64,000 nt of DNA from an uncultured Planctomycetaceae bacterium (GCA_963976765.1 CAXBME010000010.1:1-64000); one strand, 5' to 3'; positions 30,308-41,038 are shown, counted from the stretch's first letter. Numbers and translations: made by a program. Notes: generated by a model not told the origin, from the letters alone.

Positions 30308-31132
30308 GTGATTGAGGGTTACGCAGATCGCTGGGCTTTGGTTACCGGAGCGTCGTCCGGAATCGGGGCTGAATTTGCGCGGCAACTCGCCGCACGAGGC
30401 ATGCACCTTGTGCTTGTTGCCCGGCGCGAAGATCGACTCAAAGCACTGGCAGAGGAACTCGACACACGGCATGGCACACGTTGCGAAGTCATCGTCGCTG
30501 ATTTATCCGTTCCCGCAGAATCGCAACGATTGTTTGACGATGTCGCCAGTCGTGGAATTAAAGTCGAACTTCTGATTAACAATGCGGGTTTCGGCTTCGT
30601 CGGCACCGTCGACGACACGCAGCCTCAACGTATGATGGAAATGATTCGGCTGAATATCGCCTCGCTCACAGAGCTGACTTACCTGTTTCTACCGGCGATG
30701 CTCGAACGTCAGCACGGCGGCATTATCAACGTGGCATCGGTCGCTGCATTTCAGCCGGTCGCCTACATGCCGGTTTACTCGGCCAGCAAGGCGTTCGTTC
30801 TGCATTTCAGCGAAGCGTTGTGGGCCGAATGCCGAGACCGCAACGTCACCATTCAGGGACTCTGTCCTGGAACAACGGAAACTGAATTCTTTGACGTCGC
30901 TGGCGTCTCGGGGTGGCTCAAAAAGCAACGCTCACACTCTGCCGCGTACGTTGTCAGAAAGTCGATTCGAGGACTCGATAGACGGCGGCAGTATGTCGTT
31001 CCAGGATCCCTGAACCTGATACTGTCGCTCAGCGTTCGCCTGGCACGACGAAAGATGGTCGTTCTGCAATCCATGCGGTTCTTCCGCCCACGCCCGAAAG
31101 ACAATTCAGACGATCAGAAGCCGACCAACTGA
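30308..31132 (+). CDS. SDR family oxidoreductase (DltE-like)
   Basis: TGASSGIG, NNAGFG and YSASK catalytic motif; GTG 30308 after an AGGAG RBS. Confidence 0.92.
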   Translation: MIEGYADRWALVTGASSGIGAEFARQLAARGMHLVLVARREDRLKALAEELDTRHGTRCEVIVADLSVPAESQRLFDDVASRGIKVELLINNAGFGFVGTVDDTQPQRMMEMIRLNIASLTELTYLFLPAMLERQHGGIINVASVAAFQPVAYMPVYSASKAFVLHFSEALWAECRDRNVTIQGLCPGTTETEFFDVAGVSGWLKKQRSHSAAYVVRKSIRGLDRRRQYVVPGSLNLILSLSVRLARRKMVVLQSMRFFRPRPKDNSDDQKPTN

Positions 31133-31145
31133 TCAACCACTCGGC

Positions 31146-33644
31146 TTAAACAGTCACCGGTGCTCGGTCGACGCTCGCAACACCTGACGGTGCCGTTGCT
31201 GTTTTGGCCGCTACCGGTGCGGGATTCGAGGACGACTTAGAAAAGTAGTCTCCGTACGTTTCTTTGTAGCTGTAGCCTTCCGCAACCTCGCTGGTTGCGT
31301 TGCAGACAACCCCGATGACTCGAATGTTGTTGGTGTCAATCAGCTCGGTGACGCGCCGGGCAGCATTGCGTTTGTTTTTGCCCATCCGCAGTACAAGCAC
31401 CAGGCCATCGGTATTCGGAGCCACGATGGATGGGTCACTGACTGCCAGCAGCGGCGGAGTATCCACCAGCACGATATCGAATTCCTGCGACGCATCTCTC
31501 AGCATTTTTGCGTAACGGGTTGAAGCCAGCAGTTCTGCCGGGTTCGATGGAAGATTTCCGCACGTCAGTACCGCCAGTCCGTCGACGACGGTTTGTTGAG
31601 CAGCGGTCAGCAGGTCGATCTCGCCCGACAGGACTTCCGTCACGCCGATATCCCGTCGCAATCCGAAAAGCGAGTGGATGGTCGGTCGACGAAGATCGCT
31701 GTCGATCAGCAGAACTCGCTTGCCAGATTGAGCCATCGCGATGGCCAGGTTGGCGGTGAGCGTGCTCTTCCCGTCTCCCGGTTCCGGACTTGTAACCTGA
31801 ACGACCCGTTGACCTTCGCGCAGGGTGACGAGGAACGACGTTCGCAGCGACCGATAAGCTTCCGCCTCAGGAGAGCCCGGACGGTGGTAGTAGCACAGTG
31901 CCGTCTGCAAGGTGCTTCCTGTGATGCCGGGAGCCTTCGAGTTGAACGAAGGCACTGAACCCAGAATCGGCAATGGGATACTTGCTCGAATTTCTTCGAC
32001 CGATTTCAGACTCGTGTCCGTCCATTCGCGCAGGAAGATCAGTCCGCAGACCAGCCCCATTACGGCAACGATGCCGGCGCCGTAAAGTTTGATGACTCGC
32101 TTCAGTGAAAGCTGATCCTTCGCAGGCGCGATCACCTTCAGAGAGTAACCAAGGTTCTCTTTCTCAATGTTCACTTTCGACGCCTGGACTTTGATCGATG
32201 CCCAGAGTCCATGGAGTCGATCGAGGTCGTCATTGTACTGCCGGTTCTCTTCCAGAAAGCCAGACAGTTCGCGAGCCCGGTTGAACTCATTCCTGTAGAG
32301 CCGTTCAATTTCCTGCTCACGAAGATTCAGCCCGTCTAGTTCCTGATTGAGCGACGCCAGATAGACATCGACAAGGTCGAGCCCGTTGGACGTTTTCGCC
32401 AGCGATTGTGGTGGCATCGGACGGCCAGATTGTCCGGGACGATAGACTGTGCCGGGCGTCGCATTTTTGGCGGAAGTACCAACGGCCCCGACGGCTCCCT
32501 GCTGCACGTAATACTGGCGGAGCGTCGCGATCTGAGCACGAACCGTCTGCACTTCCGGCCAGTCTTCGCCGAATTCAAGCAGAAGCTGCTTTTCTCGCAG
32601 AATCAGTGGCAGGAGCTGCCCATCGATCGAATTTCCTCCACCAGCGGCCGCCAGCGAAGCGGGAGCTTGAGCAGACTTGCTTTGTGGTACCGTAAAGAGC
32701 TGAATCATCGTCGCCAGTTCTTCGCGAGACTGCCCCTGAGCCAGGCCTTTCTGCATCGACTGAATTTTCGATTGAACTTCAGCCTTCTGAACGAGCAGAC
32801 GCTGTTGTTCCAGTTCGAGTGCTGCCAGATTTTCCTGATGCACGTTCGTGGCCGAAGCAGTTCTCTCACCACCGGCACCGCGAGTTGTTGTCTTCATGTG
32901 AATCGGCGCAGTCTGCCGGAATTTTTCATATGCAGCCTCAGTGTCGTTGATCTGCTGCTTCAGGTCGCCCGTCGCCCGATTGACAAGTTTCAACAGCTCA
33001 CCGGTATTTTCTTCGTGATTCTCACGCAGATAGACGTGGTAAGCGTCAATGACCGCGTGGCAGATTTTCTTCGCATCGTCGCGATTGGGATTCGTACAGG
33101 TCACATCGAGAATATTGAGGAACGAACGATCTTCACCCGCGCTGCGTTGAACTTTGATCGAATCCAGAACGTCCTCTGCCGGATCCTTCGACAGGGCCAG
33201 AGACGGCAGCTTGTCGAGTTCGTGAAGCTCGACGGCCTTTTCGACGATGAGCGGGCTCATGATCAGTGCGATATGTTCGGCGCGGTCGCCCCAGGTTTCC
33301 GCTTCGCTGTTTTCGCTGATCGGACCGGACATCCGCTTCGACACAAGCACCTTCGCCGTCGCCGTGTATTCAGGGCCGTATGCCCGAAAGATCATATGCC
33401 CGAGCAGAATGCCCGACACCATCCCGCAGACGAGCCACAAGGAGTAGCGTCTGACGAGACCGACGTAATCGATCGTGCCGCCTGACCAGACGACCTGGTT
33501 CCGATTTCGCGTGTCACGAAATGATGTTTGAACCGGCGCGATTGATGTGGGATCAGCAGAAGCCGGATCACGATACGGCAGATGACCAGCTGGAAGTTTT
33601 GTAATGTCGAACGGTTGTTCGTTTTGGTCGTCGCGAATACTCAT
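31146..33644 (-). CDS. Polysaccharide co-polymerase/tyrosine autokinase (Wzc/GumC-CpsD-like)
   Basis: Two TMs flanking a coiled-coil periplasmic region; EAYRSLRT, Walker A SPEPGDGKS, DSDLRRP, Walker B VLVDTPP, and a Tyr-containing tail. Confidence 0.92.
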   Translation of the reverse strand: MSIRDDQNEQPFDITKLPAGHLPYRDPASADPTSIAPVQTSFRDTRNRNQVVWSGGTIDYVGLVRRYSLWLVCGMVSGILLGHMIFRAYGPEYTATAKVLVSKRMSGPISENSEAETWGDRAEHIALIMSPLIVEKAVELHELDKLPSLALSKDPAEDVLDSIKVQRSAGEDRSFLNILDVTCTNPNRDDAKKICHAVIDAYHVYLRENHEENTGELLKLVNRATGDLKQQINDTEAAYEKFRQTAPIHMKTTTRGAGGERTASATNVHQENLAALELEQQRLLVQKAEVQSKIQSMQKGLAQGQSREELATMIQLFTVPQSKSAQAPASLAAAGGGNSIDGQLLPLILREKQLLLEFGEDWPEVQTVRAQIATLRQYYVQQGAVGAVGTSAKNATPGTVYRPGQSGRPMPPQSLAKTSNGLDLVDVYLASLNQELDGLNLREQEIERLYRNEFNRARELSGFLEENRQYNDDLDRLHGLWASIKVQASKVNIEKENLGYSLKVIAPAKDQLSLKRVIKLYGAGIVAVMGLVCGLIFLREWTDTSLKSVEEIRASIPLPILGSVPSFNSKAPGITGSTLQTALCYYHRPGSPEAEAYRSLRTSFLVTLREGQRVVQVTSPEPGDGKSTLTANLAIAMAQSGKRVLLIDSDLRRPTIHSLFGLRRDIGVTEVLSGEIDLLTAAQQTVVDGLAVLTCGNLPSNPAELLASTRYAKMLRDASQEFDIVLVDTPPLLAVSDPSIVAPNTDGLVLVLRMGKNKRNAARRVTELIDTNNIRVIGVVCNATSEVAEGYSYKETYGDYFSKSSSNPAPVAAKTATAPSGVASVDRAPVTV

Positions 33645-33746
33645 GGTTGCCCTCTGAAGGCGAGGGGCTCCGTCCGACGATTAAGAGCGGCTCTCCTGGC
33701 CGCTTTTTCGTTGATGTCTGCTTCGAATTTCTTTGAACGGACCGCG

Positions 33747-34745
33747 TTAACCCACCGAACAGCCCGCCGCGTCGCGAGCGAGTTCGGCGTAGTAGTCAAT
33801 GGTTGGCTTCAGACCTTCCCGCCAGCCGATTTTCGGCTCGTACCCCAGTACCTGCTTCGTAGAAGAAATATCTGCCCAGGAATGCTTCACATCTCCCTGT
33901 CGAACTTCCGCGAAGTTCGGTGCGTACTCGACGCCCAGTCGCTTGCAGATTTCCTGAAGCAGATCGATCAGGCTGAGCGACTCACCACACCCGACGTTGA
34001 AGACTTTGCCGGAAGCGCCTTCCGCCAGAGAAGCTCGAACATTGGCCTCAACGACGTTCTCAACGTAGGTAAAGTCTCGCGATTGCAGACCGTCGCCAAA
34101 AATCGTCGGCTGCCTGCCGTTAACCAGTGCCGAAACAAAAAGCGGAATAACGGCTGAGTAAGGACTCGCCGGATCCTGACGCGGACCAAAGATGTTGAAG
34201 TATCTAAGGCGGACCGTTTCGATGTCGTACGACGACGCGAATGCTTCGCAGTAAAGTTCTGAGGCCAGCTTCGCAGCAGCATAAGGAGACAGCACCTGCG
34301 GAAGCTGGTTTTCCCGCTTCGGCATTTCAGGATCGTTGCCGTAAGCGCTGCTTGACCCCGCGTAGACGACGCGCCGTACTTTTGCTTTAACACAGGCGTC
34401 GAGCAGATTAACCGTCGCGGTAACGCAGGCGCGGTGACAGTCCTGAGGGCGTTCGATACTCAGCGGCACCGATGCCAGAGCCGCCTGATGGAAGACAACT
34501 TCCACTCCATTGACCGCTCGCGTGCAGGCAATCGGGTCGGCGGCGTCTCCGTGAATGAATTCGAAGTGACCTTCGATGTGAGCGAGATTCTCGAGCGACC
34601 CGGTACACAGATTGTCGAGGACTCGGACATCGTGCCCCTCGTTGACGAGCCGCGTCACAATGTGCGAACCGATGAATCCGGCGCCGCCAGTTACCAGGTA
34701 GTTGGTCACAGTTTCGTCCTCAGCCAGTGAATACCATTTTCCCAT
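33747..34745 (-). CDS. NAD-dependent UDP-sugar 4-epimerase (WbpP/GalE-like extended SDR)
   Basis: [37 protein letters not shown] and RDFTYV; the start may be GTG 34709. Confidence 0.92.
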   Translation of the reverse strand: MGKWYSLAEDETVTNYLVTGGAGFIGSHIVTRLVNEGHDVRVLDNLCTGSLENLAHIEGHFEFIHGDAADPIACTRAVNGVEVVFHQAALASVPLSIERPQDCHRACVTATVNLLDACVKAKVRRVVYAGSSSAYGNDPEMPKRENQLPQVLSPYAAAKLASELYCEAFASSYDIETVRLRYFNIFGPRQDPASPYSAVIPLFVSALVNGRQPTIFGDGLQSRDFTYVENVVEANVRASLAEGASGKVFNVGCGESLSLIDLLQEICKRLGVEYAPNFAEVRQGDVKHSWADISSTKQVLGYEPKIGWREGLKPTIDYYAELARDAAGCSVG

Positions 34746-35432
34746 TGGTCAGCCATCCGCTGACCTGCCGCGTCAGAAAAAGCGGGCATTGCAGTCCGCA
34801 ACGCCCGTAATCCGACGGTCGAACTCTAGCATCCACAATCACTTCGCGAGGACACCAGTCTGGTATTCCGCGAAATCCTGCCGGACGAAATTCATCCGCT
34901 GTCCAATCCTGGCTGATATCGGGGCCACCATGCTCTGATCATTGGCGAATCAGACGTTGCGGACACAACAGCGGCGGCCAACCCGACTAAATTTGTAACA
35001 CTCTTGCAGGTAATACTTTAAAGCTCCTCTTACGGTCTGTCGATTTGACCGGTCAGCCGAGCCAATGGCACACCGCAACTCGAAATGACCATTTGGATGG
35101 TTGCGCAAGTAAAGCTGATTGCAGCGGTTGCGCGGCAGGACTAGACTGAGACGCGTACGCAGGGCTGGGAAATTTTGCCGACACTAATGGCCCGTCATGT
35201 GAAGCCGTAAGGATTGGTTACACCGGTTTTGCAAAATATCCCAGCTGTCGCACAGTTTCTGCCGGGATAAGGGGCTGTGCGTTGACGACCAATCTAAAAC
35301 AGGATGCCGCGCGATTTCGGGATGCAACTGTCGCTTCCGAATCCGGCAAACAGAGGCACTCGGTTGAGACATTCCGGCCTATCCCATGACGGCCAGCCGA
35401 GGCTTCACATTTCGGAAAATGGAGTTGCCAAG

Positions 35433-37646
35433 ATGAGTTCAGTGACCTGGCTTCGGACGAAGCATGGGATGCTGCTTTCCCTGCTCGCTGCCGCGATTAC
35501 TCTTGTGTGTGCCTCAAGCGGGCATCTTTCGCTGGCCGATGACGCAGAGCAGCCGTCCCAAGGACTACGGGGAATTCTTCCCGAATTCGTACCTCTGGGA
35601 CTACTGGAGGATGACTTCCTGATACTGGGTGAGTCCTGGACAGCCTGGAGCAAGGACGCCGCTGCTGACGTCGCCGCCCTTTACGAACAGGAAGACCTCG
35701 ACGTTGCCGGACAACGGGCGGCACTGGAAAAGCTCGAAAAACGAATCCGCACGATGGAGAAAGCGCTCGCCAACAAAGCTTACGCTGCGATTTTCGAGCC
35801 TCTCGCGACAATCAACGGTCGCCTGTCTCGCCGGGTTTCGGTGGCAACAGCGATTCTCGACACGCTGGAGATCAATCCGGAAACCGCTCACAAAGCAAAA
35901 GTCGACGCGGCAGGAGCGGAAGTCGCTCAGTCTGTCGAGTCATTGGGCAAGTACCTGTCGAAAATTAAAAACGGCGACGCCTGGCTGAAGTACATCCGTG
36001 CGGAAGAACTTCGCTCGGCCGTTAAATCGGCGGAGTCATCAGAGGTAGTCAGTGCCGTTTTCACGCGGCTGTCCGAGTCTGACAAGATGCAGAACGACGC
36101 TCAACGAAAGTTCGTGGAGCGTCCGCAGTTCCTCACGGTCAAGCAAACACTTGGTCAATATCTGGAACTTGCGTCTGCTGAAGCCCCTGCAAAAAACGAT
36201 CAGTCTGAATTGCGGGGATCTCTCCGGAAACTGGTTTCTTCTCTGGAAGCCTATGAAGAAACACGCAGCCAGGTTTCGGCGACAGCCGCCCGTGACGCTT
36301 ACGGTGAGGTTCGCAATCTGGCAGCAGACGGTGGCGACCACCTGGCTGACGTCCTGGCCGGTCAGTATTTCAACTACAACCTGCGAGTTGTGGCGACGGA
36401 ATCGTTTCTCAACAAAGTCGCTGGCTACAAACACACAGATTCAGGCGTGGTCGACGACGTGGTTCTGGGAGCCAAAGTCGACGGTCACCAGACCACGACG
36501 GGCACCGTTGGAATCGACCTGAAACCAAATAACTCGGTCATCGAGTTTGACATGACTTTCAACGGCGTGACTCAAACAAACACGCAGGGAGTCACTGATC
36601 AGGCAACCATTTTTACTTCGGGCTATCACACTTTTGGTGCTCAGAAGAAAATCCACTTCGACGGTGATCGCTTCCAATCATTCCCAGCGACCATGTGGGT
36701 CAATGCAAACAATACGACAACAGGTGCCCGGACAGGGGTCAGTGGATTGCCGATTTTCGGGGGAATCGCAGACTCGTATGCTGTCGGCGTGGCGCGTGAC
36801 AAGCGAGGTCAGTCAGAAGCCATCGCGGCTCAGAAACTGCGAAACCGTCTGATTCCAGAATTCAATCAGGAAGTAGACGCCGAATTCAGCAAGTCCAGCA
36901 AGCAACTGGAAGAAGAGGTCATTCCGAAACTTAAAGAGGCCGGGCTCTTCCCGTCAGCACGTACTTACCGATCAACGGGCGATGCATTGTGGATCGGTAC
37001 TCGTTTGATGGACGACGATAATCTGGGTGGCGACGCCCCGTCATTCTCGACGCGCGTGGATGGCAGTGCAGCCATTCACCTTCACGAGACTCTGCTCAAC
37101 AATTCGCTGGATAAGCTCCCAATCGCTGGGGGATCATTCACCGAGAAGGAACTCGGCGAGCAAATTGAAACCGCACTGAAAACATTGCTCGGCGACGATT
37201 TCAAATTGCCCGGCGGCGATACCGCAGAAGCCAGTGACGCTGAATCTGAAAAGGAAGATAATACGCGTTTCATTTTCCCCGATCAGGATGCCATTCGGAT
37301 CAAAGCCCAGAACGGCAAGTTGACTCTCGTACTGCGAATGGGTCTGCAGCCGGAAGGCGAAGATGTCATTCCGACGCAGGAGATCACCGTTCCGCTGAGG
37401 TTCTCCATCGAGGGAACTGACATTGTCATCGAAGCAGACGCCGTCGGTGTGGCTCCTGTCGAAGCGGCCAGCCCAATCGTTCAGATTGCACGAGCCGGTA
37501 TTGTCAAAGCGAAGATTCAGAAAGCTCTGCCGACTCGAAAAGTCGATCGGATGATCACGCTGAAACGCAAAACCGGCGGACCGGTTGACCTGGCAATTAC
37601 CAGCGTCCGACCAAACGCTGGCTGGCTGACTATTACCATCAAGTAA
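35433..37646 (+). CDS. Large secreted hypothetical protein
   Basis: GGAG RBS before ATG 35433, signal peptide, helical N-half and beta-rich C-half; followed by a strong terminator. Confidence 0.85.
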   Translation: MSSVTWLRTKHGMLLSLLAAAITLVCASSGHLSLADDAEQPSQGLRGILPEFVPLGLLEDDFLILGESWTAWSKDAAADVAALYEQEDLDVAGQRAALEKLEKRIRTMEKALANKAYAAIFEPLATINGRLSRRVSVATAILDTLEINPETAHKAKVDAAGAEVAQSVESLGKYLSKIKNGDAWLKYIRAEELRSAVKSAESSEVVSAVFTRLSESDKMQNDAQRKFVERPQFLTVKQTLGQYLELASAEAPAKNDQSELRGSLRKLVSSLEAYEETRSQVSATAARDAYGEVRNLAADGGDHLADVLAGQYFNYNLRVVATESFLNKVAGYKHTDSGVVDDVVLGAKVDGHQTTTGTVGIDLKPNNSVIEFDMTFNGVTQTNTQGVTDQATIFTSGYHTFGAQKKIHFDGDRFQSFPATMWVNANNTTTGARTGVSGLPIFGGIADSYAVGVARDKRGQSEAIAAQKLRNRLIPEFNQEVDAEFSKSSKQLEEEVIPKLKEAGLFPSARTYRSTGDALWIGTRLMDDDNLGGDAPSFSTRVDGSAAIHLHETLLNNSLDKLPIAGGSFTEKELGEQIETALKTLLGDDFKLPGGDTAEASDAESEKEDNTRFIFPDQDAIRIKAQNGKLTLVLRMGLQPEGEDVIPTQEITVPLRFSIEGTDIVIEADAVGVAPVEAASPIVQIARAGIVKAKIQKALPTRKVDRMITLKRKTGGPVDLAITSVRPNAGWLTITIK

Positions 37647-37709
37647 ACGTTTCAGAGTTGGCAATGTGCCAATAACGTAACCTGCTTCAGCAGACTCAAA
37701 GCTTCTGAC

Positions 37710-37748
37710 GGCCCGGTTGAACAGTTCGTTCAACCGGGCCTTTTTGTT
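37710..37748 (+). terminator. Rho-independent terminator
   Basis: Perfect 13-bp stem GGCCCGGTTGAAC/GTTCAACCGGGCC with a 5-nt loop, followed by TTTTTGTT. Confidence 0.9.
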
Positions 37749-38218
37749 GCCAGGTAAAATCTCTGCCTGAGTGAGCGTAATCGCGATGCCTTACCAGCAC
37801 GTAACGGCACCACGAAACGGCAATGCCACGAGCGTCAGTCGCGCATCGAGTTGTCAGCTGCTTTGGAGAATGAGAACGGATCGCCGTTGCTCGAACGGGT
37901 TGGATGGCCGCCGCCGATTACGCATGGTCATTCTGCAAATCATGGCAACGATAAATAATTCGGCAGTAACGAAAACGCCGGCTCTGATCGAGTCACCGGG
38001 GTCGGGACTATCCCGAAGCTGCGGATTGCCGTGACTGGCGCGACAGAAGTCTGGTTATGGGTTGCGAGACGCACCTTGACTTCCTGGTTTCGTGCTGGAC
38101 AATCACGTGTTGGCTTTTCCTGCTGTGTGATCGAGAGTTACGTCGGGTCGCGGTGCATACCTTTTCCGATACCGACCTTCGCTCGAATCAAACAGCCTCC
38201 GCCGGTTGAGGCATTGCG

Positions 38219-38653
38219 ATGCTCGCAAAGCTCATCTCGATTGATGGCGATCGCCCGATCGTCCTCACGAAAGATGTCACAGTCGTAGGACGCAAACGTG
38301 GCGTCTGCGATGTGTACATTGACCGGTCCAGCGTGTCGAAACTTCACTGTGTGATCGTAAAAACGGACGGCCTGCTTTTTATCCGCGATCTTGGCAGTAC
38401 AAACGGCACCAAAGTCAACGGGCAGAGAGTGACTCGTGGAGCCTTGCTTCCTGGCGATGAACTCGCCTTCGCCAATGCCCGCTTCCGCGTCTACCTCGGC
38501 CCGGACGAACCGGAACCTGAGCGTCGATCAGATCGCACCGAGATGATGACTTCATTTCCAGACTCCGACATGGCGCATGATGACAGCTTTGACGATGAAG
38601 CTGTCGCGGGGCTTGGCAGTGACAGCGATGTTCGCCTGATCGGCGACGATTAA
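38219..38653 (+). CDS. FHA domain protein with acidic tail
   Basis: VVGRK...SVSKLHC...DLGSTNGTKVNG FHA signature. Confidence 0.92.
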   Translation: MLAKLISIDGDRPIVLTKDVTVVGRKRGVCDVYIDRSSVSKLHCVIVKTDGLLFIRDLGSTNGTKVNGQRVTRGALLPGDELAFANARFRVYLGPDEPEPERRSDRTEMMTSFPDSDMAHDDSFDDEAVAGLGSDSDVRLIGDD

Positions 38654-38670
38654 CGGAGCTTCCGCGTTCA

Positions 38671-39732
38671 ATGCCGGAACTGAAACCTGTCTCGGATGAT
38701 GAATCTTTCGCGAGTTCTGACGCGTTACCGTTCCTGACAAACAGACCGGGAATCGGCGGGGTTCTCAAGCAGTCTCCCGACGACTTTTTCGTCGACGAAA
38801 TTCCGGTCTACGAAGCCTGCGGCGAAGGAGACTTTCTCTTTCTGCACATTGAGAAGCGAGGCATTCCGACACCGGACCTGCTTCGACACATCGAACAGGT
38901 GCTCTCTCTAAACCAGACAGACGTTGGATGCGCGGGTCGAAAAGACGCTCAGGCGGTTACCAGACAGTACGTATCTGTACCCGCATCGGCGAGCGATCTG
39001 GTCGAGAAAATCAATTCCGATCAGATCAAAGTGCTCAGTGCCAGACGACACACCAACAAGTTGAAAACCGGCCATCTTCGAGGAAACCGGTTTCGGCTCG
39101 TCGTCCGGAAAGCGGTCACAAACGCAGAGCAACTTGCGGCAGAACTGGTCTCTGTAGTTCGGCAATCAGGATTCCCGAACTACTTCGGCGAGCAACGATT
39201 CGGTAATGCTGGAACAACTGACGAACTGGGCTTTCGTCTGTTGCGAGGCGAACGCGTCCGACGGTTGAGCCGCGACGGGTTAAGGTTCACTCTGTCGGCG
39301 GTCCAGTCAAGAATCTTCAACGCCTGGGTGGCCGACCGAATCTCTGATGGACTGAGCGCTCAGGTTCTGAAAGGTGACGTCATGCAGGTCACCACGTCGA
39401 AGGGGCCATTCGTCGTCACCGATGCTTCCGTCGAGCAAGCTCGGTATGACAGCCATGAAACGGTTCTGTCGGGACCGATCTTCGGACCGAAGATGAAACA
39501 ACCCGAAGAAATTCCGGCAGAGCGGGAGCAGGCCATACTCGACCGGTTCGATCTTCCGCGAGAAGCATTCAGCAAGTTCAAGAAGCTCACTCTGGGAACA
39601 CGTCGGCCAATGGTGATCTGGCCGGATGATCTGACTGTGCAGAACGTCGAGAACGGAATTGAGTTTTCGTTCTCACTCCCGTCGGGCGTCTACGCAACAT
39701 GCCTGATGCGCGAACTGATGAAGGCTCCATGA
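38671..39732 (+). CDS. truD: tRNA pseudouridine(13) synthase TruD
   Basis: DFFVDE, AGRKDAQAVTRQ (catalytic Asp), GHLRGNRF, PNYFGEQRFG and FSLPSGVYAT. Confidence 0.95.
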   Translation: MPELKPVSDDESFASSDALPFLTNRPGIGGVLKQSPDDFFVDEIPVYEACGEGDFLFLHIEKRGIPTPDLLRHIEQVLSLNQTDVGCAGRKDAQAVTRQYVSVPASASDLVEKINSDQIKVLSARRHTNKLKTGHLRGNRFRLVVRKAVTNAEQLAAELVSVVRQSGFPNYFGEQRFGNAGTTDELGFRLLRGERVRRLSRDGLRFTLSAVQSRIFNAWVADRISDGLSAQVLKGDVMQVTTSKGPFVVTDASVEQARYDSHETVLSGPIFGPKMKQPEEIPAEREQAILDRFDLPREAFSKFKKLTLGTRRPMVIWPDDLTVQNVENGIEFSFSLPSGVYATCLMRELMKAP

Positions 39733-39745
39733 ACATCCGGGCGAG

Positions 39746-40936
39746 TTAACAGCCGGATGTTTCTGCGACTTCGACAGCATGCCGACAGATTCTCGCAGCA
39801 CTTTTGCAGATCTGCCGCATCGCCTCGTTGCCTTCCATTAAGACCGGGTGATGGAGAATCAGCACGTGCTTGTCGCAAACGTCTGCATTCGGCAGTTCGC
39901 CGACAGTTCGAAATCGTCGTTTGCTGTGAATCCGGTGCAGACTTCGAAACCCTGGATCAACCGCCATATTTTCAGCACGCATCGCCTGTGAAAATTTATC
40001 TCGATTCAATCCGGTCGAGCATGTCAGATCAAACTGTAAACCAACCTTGAAAAACGCCGGACGATCGTCCTCACCCAGGGAACAGGAATCGACGAGTGGT
40101 CGCAGTATCTGATCGTCCTGTGATGACTTGAGTTGTCTCAGTTGGTTCGACAATTCTCGAACGGAGTCCCAGCGAAGTATGTTTCGTTCGTCCAGACGAT
40201 TGACCTGAGGTCGCAGAACTGCCGCCTGCATTTCGGAAAGCGGGTACGCCTCATTGCCTCGCTGAGTGAACAGCCGGATGCGCTGCGCGACTTCCGGACG
40301 ATCCGTCATGACTGCGCCGCCGCGACCAGACGTCAGAAGTTTGCTTCCGCCGAAACTCAGCACGCCGACGTGCCCTGCCGTGCCGGCGCGATACCCGTCA
40401 AAAACCGCGCCGGTCGCCTGACATGCGTCTTCGACAACCGAAACGCCATGCCGCTCTGCCAGTTCCATCACTGGCTGCATCGGCACGCATCCGCCGTGCA
40501 GATGAGAAACGATAATCGCTTTCGTCTTGTTTGAGATGGCCGCTTCGAGCTGCGACACATCCATCTGCCAGCTTGCCGGATCGATATCGATCAGAACCGG
40601 CGTCGCTCCGATGGTGAGAATATTCTGAAAGTTCGCTTTGAAATCGTACGCCGAGAGGATGACCTCGTCACCGGCTTCAACTCGAACACCTCGTAGTGCG
40701 AGTTCAACAGCGGCAGTCCCGCTGGCACACAGAATCGTCTCCGACACGTTGTGAAAGGCGTTGAGCTGCTCAGTCAGCGCTTCACAATTCGCACCGTGAT
40801 ACTTTCCCCATGAGCCGTCGCTCAGGCACGCGTTTAACGCGTCGATAACTTCCGGCCAGTCCTGTGGCCAGGCTGGTGGACCTTCCGGTCGAAGCGGAGT
40901 TCCGCCGAGAATTGCAGGGAGATCAGACACTGACAT
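39746..40936 (-). CDS. DegT/DnrJ/EryC1/StrS family PLP-dependent aminotransferase
   Basis: ASGTAAVELAL, VEDACQATG and SFGGSKLL (PLP lysine); start set at ATG 40936. Confidence 0.9.
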   Translation of the reverse strand: MSVSDLPAILGGTPLRPEGPPAWPQDWPEVIDALNACLSDGSWGKYHGANCEALTEQLNAFHNVSETILCASGTAAVELALRGVRVEAGDEVILSAYDFKANFQNILTIGATPVLIDIDPASWQMDVSQLEAAISNKTKAIIVSHLHGGCVPMQPVMELAERHGVSVVEDACQATGAVFDGYRAGTAGHVGVLSFGGSKLLTSGRGGAVMTDRPEVAQRIRLFTQRGNEAYPLSEMQAAVLRPQVNRLDERNILRWDSVRELSNQLRQLKSSQDDQILRPLVDSCSLGEDDRPAFFKVGLQFDLTCSTGLNRDKFSQAMRAENMAVDPGFRSLHRIHSKRRFRTVGELPNADVCDKHVLILHHPVLMEGNEAMRQICKSAARICRHAVEVAETSGC

Positions 40937-41017
40937 CGAATGTGCTCGGCAGAGGTCGCAACGGTGAGAACACGAAGGGCGACAACATACACCGGGGCAT
41001 TCCCGGTTCGTAACTTC

Positions 41018-41038
41018 GTCAGGCCGAACCTGACCTAC
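41018..41038 (-). repeat. GTAG-capped REP singlet of a second type, overlapping a stop codon
   Basis: Minus strand reads GTAG-GTCAGG-TTCGG-CCTGAC; the TAG within GTAG is the stop codon of the DUF1501 gene. Confidence 0.55.

Noticed and set aside
32406..33485. 359-aa plus-strand ORF (likewise 47401-48375, 55138-56043 and 1645-2505 on the minus strand)
   Set aside because: All lie entirely antisense to motif-supported genes and show no domain features
37771..38218. Short ORFs in the gap between the terminator and the FHA gene
   Set aside because: No motifs and atypical composition; treated as promoter or leader DNA
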